This document shows positions 59,335-64,000 of a stretch of 64,000 bases of DNA, one piece after another. A program made the position numbers and the translations under genes. Numbering within the stretch: the first letter of the stretch is position 1; each line of letters opens with the position of its first letter. A model generated the notes under the pieces. That model saw only the letters and a program-made list of their open reading frames with translations, had not been told where the DNA came from and made no database searches. The DNA comes from Candidatus Staskawiczbacteria bacterium (GTDB taxonomy: Bacteria; Patescibacteriota; Minisyncoccia; Minisyncoccales; Staskawiczbacteraceae), in the NCBI GenBank assembly GCA_026395175.1, contig JAPLZF010000015.1, forward strand, positions 21,066-85,065, written 5' to 3'.

Positions 59335-59616
59335 ATGGACGACAAGCCGTACATTCCAAATTGGATGAAGAAGTACATGCCGGGCTTTTGCATGGCAACG
59401 ATAATCCTTGGCGCTGTAACAGTGTGTTGCCTTGTCGGCGTAATGGAGTACCAGATGAGCCAGCCAAGCGGGCTTCGACAGATGCCTCCGGTGTGGCTTC
59501 TGTGCATGTGCGGGGTCGCATTACTCTTCGCTATGGTTACCCTAACCGCCATTGCATTCTGCGAGTTTCGCCGGTACAAGATGCGGGACACGACATCCAC
59601 AAACGCTTCTCTGTGA
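59335..59616 (+). CDS. Small two-TM membrane protein (93 aa) in the GC-rich cassette
   Basis: AGGAGG lies 5 nt upstream of the ATG. Two hydrophobic helices (FCMATIILGAVTVCCLVGV and VWLLCMCGVALLFAMVTLTAIAF) have basic flanks. Confidence 0.45.
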   Translation: MDDKPYIPNWMKKYMPGFCMATIILGAVTVCCLVGVMEYQMSQPSGLRQMPPVWLLCMCGVALLFAMVTLTAIAFCEFRRYKMRDTTSTNASL

Positions 59617-59660
59617 ATTTAACCCGTCGTGAGGTTAGCGGCACAACAAAGGAGACAAGG

Positions 59661-59849
59661 ATGAAGCAAAAGCATCAACACACGCTCAAAGACGGAAAAG
59701 GGCAACGTTCATGCGGGGTAACACTTTGCGGTAATATAAACCCCAGCGTCACGGTCCGGTGTAATCTGACACAAAAACACCATGGTCCATGTCGGAATAC
59801 TCTTTACCCCGAAGCCGGAACGTGGACAAACAGGAGATATCCTGACTGA
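59661..59849 (+). CDS. Small Cys/His-rich protein (62 aa) in the GC-rich cassette
   Basis: AAGGAG lies 7 nt upstream. The protein is MKQKHQHTLKDGKGQRSCGVTLCGNINPSVTVRCNLTQKHHGPCRN..., whose C..C / C..C spacing suggests a zinc ribbon. It is the internal start of ORF-track entry 59361-59849. Confidence 0.35.
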   Translation: MKQKHQHTLKDGKGQRSCGVTLCGNINPSVTVRCNLTQKHHGPCRNTLYPEAGTWTNRRYPD

Positions 59850-59879
59850 CATCGGGTTCTCGCTTCGGCGAGGACAATA

Positions 59880-59921
59880 GGCTGTCGTGCGAATTCATTT
59901 TCGCTCGACGGCTCTTTTTTT
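59880..59921 (+). terminator. Rho-independent terminator closing the GC-rich cassette
   Basis: Imperfect stem GGCTGTCGTGCGAA..TTCGCTCGACGGCTC followed by T7. Confidence 0.5.
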
Positions 59922-60027
59922 GCATTTTTTCAAGTTAACATTATATTAACCTAATTTCTTTTGGTTATCATATGATAACCAAATAAAAATATCCCGCGAA
60001 ACGGGATACCTTATTATTTAAAATTGG

Positions 60028-61101
60028 CTATGTGTAGGCTTCGCCTTCTTCGTCTTTAGACATTACTTCTGCCAAGGTTTCAATATTCTCCAACGCAATG
60101 CCAGCTCCCCTTACAACCGATGTCAAAGGGTCGTCAATTATTTTGCACGGCATTTTTGTTTCTTTAGAAATTAAAACATCAAGTCCTCGCAATAAACTGC
60201 CTCCGCCCGCTAAATAAATTCCGTTTGTCATCACGTCTGCCAATAATTCCGGCGGAGTTTCTTCAATTGTTACTTTAATTGCCGCAATAATTTGCTTTAC
60301 CGAGCGGTCTAAAGCGCGTTGCACGTCATCATTAAAAATTACAACTTCTTCGGGCAGGCCTGTCACCAAATTCCTGCCACGCATTGCCATTTCATTTTTT
60401 TCTTTCAAAGGCATTGCCGAGCCAATATTTATTTTAATCAATTCTGCGGTTCTTTCACCAATCAAAAGTTTATATTCTTTTTGCGCAAATTGTATAATAT
60501 CATCATTTAATTTATCTCCGGCAATTCTCAAACTGCGAAATGCCACAATTCCTCCCAAAGAAATGACAGCTACTTCTGTTGTGCCTCCGCCAATGTCAAC
60601 AATAAAATTTCCTCCGGCATCCTGAATTGCTAATTTTGCTCCAATTGCAGAAGCCAAAGGTTCTTCAATCAAAAAAACGGTTCTGGCTCCGGCATTTTTT
60701 GCCGCGTCTCTGACTGCCTTTCTTTCAACTTCTGTAACTCCGCAAGGGATTCCAATAATTACTCTTGGCATATTGGCAATTCCAAATATTTTTTTAGCGG
60801 AAGCTGCTGCTTTTTCAATAAAATATTTCAGCATTTGCTCGGTTACTTCAAAGTCAGAAATGACTCCATTAACCAACGGCCTTGTAGCAGAAATATAACT
60901 CGGTGTTTTGCCCACCATTTTTTTGGCTTCCTCTCCAATAGCCAAAATTTGGCCTGTTTTATTATTTACAGCCACCACCGACGGCTCGTTTATAATTATT
61001 CCCCTGTCTTTTACATAAACCAAAGAATTTGCAGTGCCCAAATCAATTGCCATGTCCACAGACAAAAATGAAAAAATCTTGTTTAATGTTCTTCTCGGCA
61101 T
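60028..61101 (-). CDS. mreB: Rod-shape-determining actin homolog MreB
   Basis: 357 aa. Contains AIDLGTANSLVYV, VIGIPCGVTEVERKA, DIGGGTTEVAVISLGG and YLAGGGSLLRGLD. Confidence 0.9.
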   Translation of the reverse strand: MPRRTLNKIFSFLSVDMAIDLGTANSLVYVKDRGIIINEPSVVAVNNKTGQILAIGEEAKKMVGKTPSYISATRPLVNGVISDFEVTEQMLKYFIEKAAASAKKIFGIANMPRVIIGIPCGVTEVERKAVRDAAKNAGARTVFLIEEPLASAIGAKLAIQDAGGNFIVDIGGGTTEVAVISLGGIVAFRSLRIAGDKLNDDIIQFAQKEYKLLIGERTAELIKINIGSAMPLKEKNEMAMRGRNLVTGLPEEVVIFNDDVQRALDRSVKQIIAAIKVTIEETPPELLADVMTNGIYLAGGGSLLRGLDVLISKETKMPCKIIDDPLTSVVRGAGIALENIETLAEVMSKDEEGEAYT

Positions 61102-62339
61102 TATTTTAATGTTTTTATTAAATCTTTAATTTTGACTAACTTCACTGCACTCTTGCTCCTTTCTTTCAACTCAACTGAATTTTTCGCCAATGTTTTTTCT
61201 GAAATGACAACTCTATATGGAATTCCAATCAAGTCGGCTTCTGCAAATTTTTCTCCGGCCGACTTGTCCTGCCTATCATCATATAATACTTGAATATTAT
61301 TTTTTTGCAATTCTTGATAAATTTTTTCAGCTGTGGTTTTAACTTTCCCCTCGCCAATAGAAATCAAATGAACTAAAAATGGAGCAACATCTTTTGGCCA
61401 AATGATTCCTTTGTCATCATGGCCTGCCTCAACAATACCAGCCATTGCCCTGCCCAATCCAATTCCATAGCATCCCATTATTACAGATTTTTCTGTTCCG
61501 TCTTTATCGCGAAATTTTAAATCAAAAGGAGCTGAATATTTTGTTCCCAGCTTAAAAATATTCCCCACTTCAACTGCTTTTTTCTCTTCAAAATTATTGG
61601 AGCCACATTTTGGACAAGCTAAAGTTTCTGCTTTTATTTCTTTATTAACCGCTGTTTTACATTTTTGGCAAATATAAATTGTGTCTTCTCCGACGTCTGT
61701 AACCATTTGGAATTCATGAGAATATTTAGAAAATGTTCCGCCGGAAGCTAATGTCAAATAAGTTTGTTTTCCAATTCCCAATTCTTTAAATACATTAAAG
61801 TAAACTTTTATCATTTTATCATAATATTTGTCTAAATCCTCCTGGCTTGTGTGAAAAGAATACAAATCCTTCATCAAAAATTCTCTTGTTCTTAAAAGCC
61901 CCGACTTTGCCCTTAATTCATTCCTGAATTTATTCTGAATTTGAAAAACATAAATTGGCAAATCTTTATATGATAAAATAACTTTTTTAACCAAAGGAGA
62001 AACAATTTCCTCGTGTGTTGCCGCCAAAGCAATATCTTTGTCGCCTGCTCCTTTCAACTTAAAAAGTATGTCTAAGTCTGTCCACCTTCCGCTTTTTTCC
62101 CAATTTTCTTTTGGATTTAAAGAAGGCATTAAAATTTCTTGTCCGCCGGCAGACTCCATATTTTTCCTAATTATATTTTCAATATTTTTTAAAACTTTAA
62201 ATCCCAAAGGCAAAAAGCTGTAAACCCCAGCCATAAGCTGGTCTATAAATCCAGCTCTCGTTAGTAGATCGTGTGAAATAGATTCCACATCAGAGGACTT
62301 TTCTTTAATTGTTTTATAAAAAAGTTTTGATTGAAGCAT
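61101..62339 (-). CDS. proS: Prolyl-tRNA synthetase, short form lacking the INS editing domain, with a Cys4 insert
   Basis: 412 aa. The bacterial-type N-terminus is MLQSKLFYKTIKE...SHDLLTRAGFIDQL. Motif 2 is the FRNELR region. CQKCK...CPKCGS sits where INS would be. A class II anticodon-binding C-terminus is present. Confidence 0.85.
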   Translation of the reverse strand: MLQSKLFYKTIKEKSSDVESISHDLLTRAGFIDQLMAGVYSFLPLGFKVLKNIENIIRKNMESAGGQEILMPSLNPKENWEKSGRWTDLDILFKLKGAGDKDIALAATHEEIVSPLVKKVILSYKDLPIYVFQIQNKFRNELRAKSGLLRTREFLMKDLYSFHTSQEDLDKYYDKMIKVYFNVFKELGIGKQTYLTLASGGTFSKYSHEFQMVTDVGEDTIYICQKCKTAVNKEIKAETLACPKCGSNNFEEKKAVEVGNIFKLGTKYSAPFDLKFRDKDGTEKSVIMGCYGIGLGRAMAGIVEAGHDDKGIIWPKDVAPFLVHLISIGEGKVKTTAEKIYQELQKNNIQVLYDDRQDKSAGEKFAEADLIGIPYRVVISEKTLAKNSVELKERSKSAVKLVKIKDLIKTLK

Positions 62340-62350
62340 ATTTTTAAAAA

Positions 62351-62887
62351 TTAATTTTTATTTTCCTCGGCTAGTTTCTTTAATGATTCTTCAATTTCTA
62401 TTGAATATTTCGGCTTTCTAGGTTTGTATTTAGATATAATCCAAACACCAAACAGCCTAAGCAAATAAATCAAAAGTAATGAGGAAATAAAAAGAAAAGC
62501 TGGTCCAAACTGCCCGCTGAATAATAATGCCAAAATTGCGGTAAAAAATACTCCTAGGCCCATAAATAAAACTCCGACAAATATACCAATTAATCCCCAC
62601 AAAGAGTATGTGATATAAAAACATTCAAACCAAAGTAGTGCACCACCAATAAATGTGCCAATAATAATACCATTGCCAGTAAAATTTCTAAATCGAGGAA
62701 TTATAGATAAAAATATCAATAACCAAACTATGCCCCAAACGAAAGATGACACATTTTCTAAAAATGGATAAATAATTTCAAATAATTTAGCTCCTCCGAT
62801 AATTAGTAATCCAAAACCGATGATTACCAAAATAAAAACACCTATTCCCAATATACTGTATAACGAATCTTTAATTTTGTTTATCAT
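62351..62887 (-). CDS. Polytopic membrane protein
   Basis: 178 aa with 5 hydrophobic segments and a charged C-terminal tail. Confidence 0.4.
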   Translation of the reverse strand: MINKIKDSLYSILGIGVFILVIIGFGLLIIGGAKLFEIIYPFLENVSSFVWGIVWLLIFLSIIPRFRNFTGNGIIIGTFIGGALLWFECFYITYSLWGLIGIFVGVLFMGLGVFFTAILALLFSGQFGPAFLFISSLLLIYLLRLFGVWIISKYKPRKPKYSIEIEESLKKLAEENKN

Positions 62888-63182
62888 ATTTTTTAAATAA
62901 AAATATTAAAAATAAAATAGCAGAAACAATATCGATTAGTTGCCATGTATTTTTTTGAAGATAAAAAGGAATTATTGGATTGAATAAAACTGCCATTATA
63001 CCAAAAATCCACACCTCATTATTCTTTTTATCTTTATAGGCGTTGTAAGCCGTGTAACCAGCGACTATCATAACAACCCACCTTAATAATTGATAATAAC
63101 TGTAAGGATTATTAGCCAATGCTCCAAAAAGAAATACTATTGCTATAATTTTAAACCAATTTTGTTTTATAAAATTTTTCAT
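62871..63182 (-). CDS. Small membrane protein
   Basis: 103 aa with 3 TM helices and a YYQLLRWVVMIVAG motif. Confidence 0.4.
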   Translation of the reverse strand: MKNFIKQNWFKIIAIVFLFGALANNPYSYYQLLRWVVMIVAGYTAYNAYKDKKNNEVWIFGIMAVLFNPIIPFYLQKNTWQLIDIVSAILFLIFLFKKYDKQN

Positions 63183-63187
63183 AAATT

Positions 63188-63439
63188 TTAAAATTTTATT
63201 TTGAAAGGATTAACTGTTCCTTTCTTGCCTGTAAATGGATTTATATTTCCCTTTGTGGAAAAATTATCAAATTTAGTTTTATTCGGAGTTGTTTTGTAAT
63301 GGGGCATGACATATGTTCCTGTGCTTTTCCTCACATATCCCCTCACTCTTGCAATTCTAGCATCAGCAAAACCAGAAATGCCCAAAAGCAAAACTAATGA
63401 AATTAAAATCGTTGTTATTATTTTAAAATATTTTTTCAT
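63188..63439 (-). CDS. Small secreted basic protein
   Basis: 83 aa with a signal peptide (ILISLVLLLGISGFADA), then a K/R/T/P-rich part. Confidence 0.35.
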   Translation of the reverse strand: MKKYFKIITTILISLVLLLGISGFADARIARVRGYVRKSTGTYVMPHYKTTPNKTKFDNFSTKGNINPFTGKKGTVNPFKIKF

Positions 63440-63468
63440 AATTTATTTTTGATTATTTATGTTTTTTA

Positions 63469-63747
63469 CTATTCCAATGTTCTCAAGAACTTAAGAATAG
63501 CCAATCCCCTAATAGTAATTTTATGACGCACCAAATGACCTTCGTAACGTTTTATGACAAACCCCGCTGTCGCCAACCTTTTAATATGCTCGGATATGGT
63601 TTTAAAATTAACATCTAATTTTTTAGAAATAGATTCCAGCGATAATTCAGGATTTGCTTTTAGCAATTCTAAAATCTCAATGCGACGATGGTTTGCAACG
63701 CCCTTTACAATTCTTTCCAGTTGATAATAACTTTTATCTGTGGTCAT
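63469..63747 (-). CDS. ArsR/SmtB-family winged-helix transcriptional regulator
   Basis: 92 aa. VANHRRIEILELLKANPELSLESISKKLDVNFKTISEHIKRL is the ArsR HTH pattern. Confidence 0.75.
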   Translation of the reverse strand: MTTDKSYYQLERIVKGVANHRRIEILELLKANPELSLESISKKLDVNFKTISEHIKRLATAGFVIKRYEGHLVRHKITIRGLAILKFLRTLE

Positions 63748-63832
63748 AAAATTATTATATTATTATATCACACCAAATACTTATTCCAAACTTCTTGAGA
63801 ACTTTGGAATAGCATGTCCCTCTTTGTTTTTT

Positions 63833-64000
63833 TTACTTTTGTAATGATGATTTTAAAAAGTCTGTAAAACGCGGAATGTCGAATTTTATTGTAATAAAAA
63901 GCGACAAACAAATTAATATTGCAAAAAATACCAGTGTAATCCCCTGCTCAACTTTTACCGAAACAGGTTTGCCTTTTATTTTTTCAATCAACAAAAAAAC
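63833..64000 (-). CDS. C-terminal end of a membrane protein (N-terminus outside window)
   Basis: Own translation: VFLLIEKIKGKPVSVKVEQGITLVFFAILICLSLFITIKFDIPRFTDFLKSSLQK, then stop. Open to the window edge. Confidence 0.3.
   Translation of the reverse strand, partial: VFLLIEKIKGKPVSVKVEQGITLVFFAILICLSLFITIKFDIPRFTDFLKSSLQK

Noticed and set aside
59261-59600. Minus-strand ORFs in the GC-rich cassette (59261-59521, 59313-59600)
   Set aside because: They have no SD and give Arg/Pro/Ala-rich translations. The plus-strand ORFs have strong SDs, a promoter and a terminator.
1-64000. Alternative genetic code (UGA or UAA recoding, as in some CPR lineages)
   Set aside because: All conserved genes (gap, eno, trxB, gatA, mreB, proS, res, the Rhs gene) read full length with the standard stops. 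The single in-frame TAA in the galU-like gene is an isolated case.

Overview
AT-rich, gene-dense bacterial segment, coded almost entirely on the minus strand. The core genes are gap, gpmA-like, eno, trxB, ftsZ, mreB, gatC/gatA, proS, metK and tspO. There are many small membrane proteins, few biosynthetic operons, and several promoters that look leaderless. By inference this fits a reduced-genome Patescibacteria/CPR-type organism.

About 1.1-18.3 kb is accessory DNA. It holds a tRNA-like element, a tyrosine recombinase, and a visibly GC-rich island encoding a PEP-CTERM/HAF-repeat protein. It also holds a Type III R-M system (mod-res plus a small nuclease-like ORF) and a phage-derived block. That block has a DUF5681-like protein, a ParB-methyltransferase, a chain of ATGA-coupled mini-ORFs, and an inovirus-like set of coat-like, g6p-like and g3p-like proteins.

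The centre (31.9-42.5 kb) is a polymorphic-toxin locus with three Rhs/YD modules. Their toxin ends are barnase-like, NlpC/P60 and CHAP, and each is followed by an immunity candidate.

The most unusual gene is the only large plus-strand ORF (47639-49180). It fuses a complete self-cleaving LexA to a Dam-family N6-adenine methyltransferase, and it converges on a GIY-YIG-like ORF.

Other signals:
- A 65-70 nt nested-palindrome repeat family has been recruited into coding sequence (FtsZ N-terminus; stop regions of grx and metK).
- A short GC-rich repeat is inserted in frame into trxB, gatA and an Rhs cassette. eno carries separate GC-rich palindromic in-frame segments.
- A ~380-440 nt GC-rich structured RNA candidate has its own promoter and terminator and sits where gatB would be expected.
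- Several GC-rich islands carry strong Shine-Dalgarno sites, unlike the native genes.

No CRISPR array or rRNA was seen. All functional calls come from reading motifs in the supplied translations; no database search was run.
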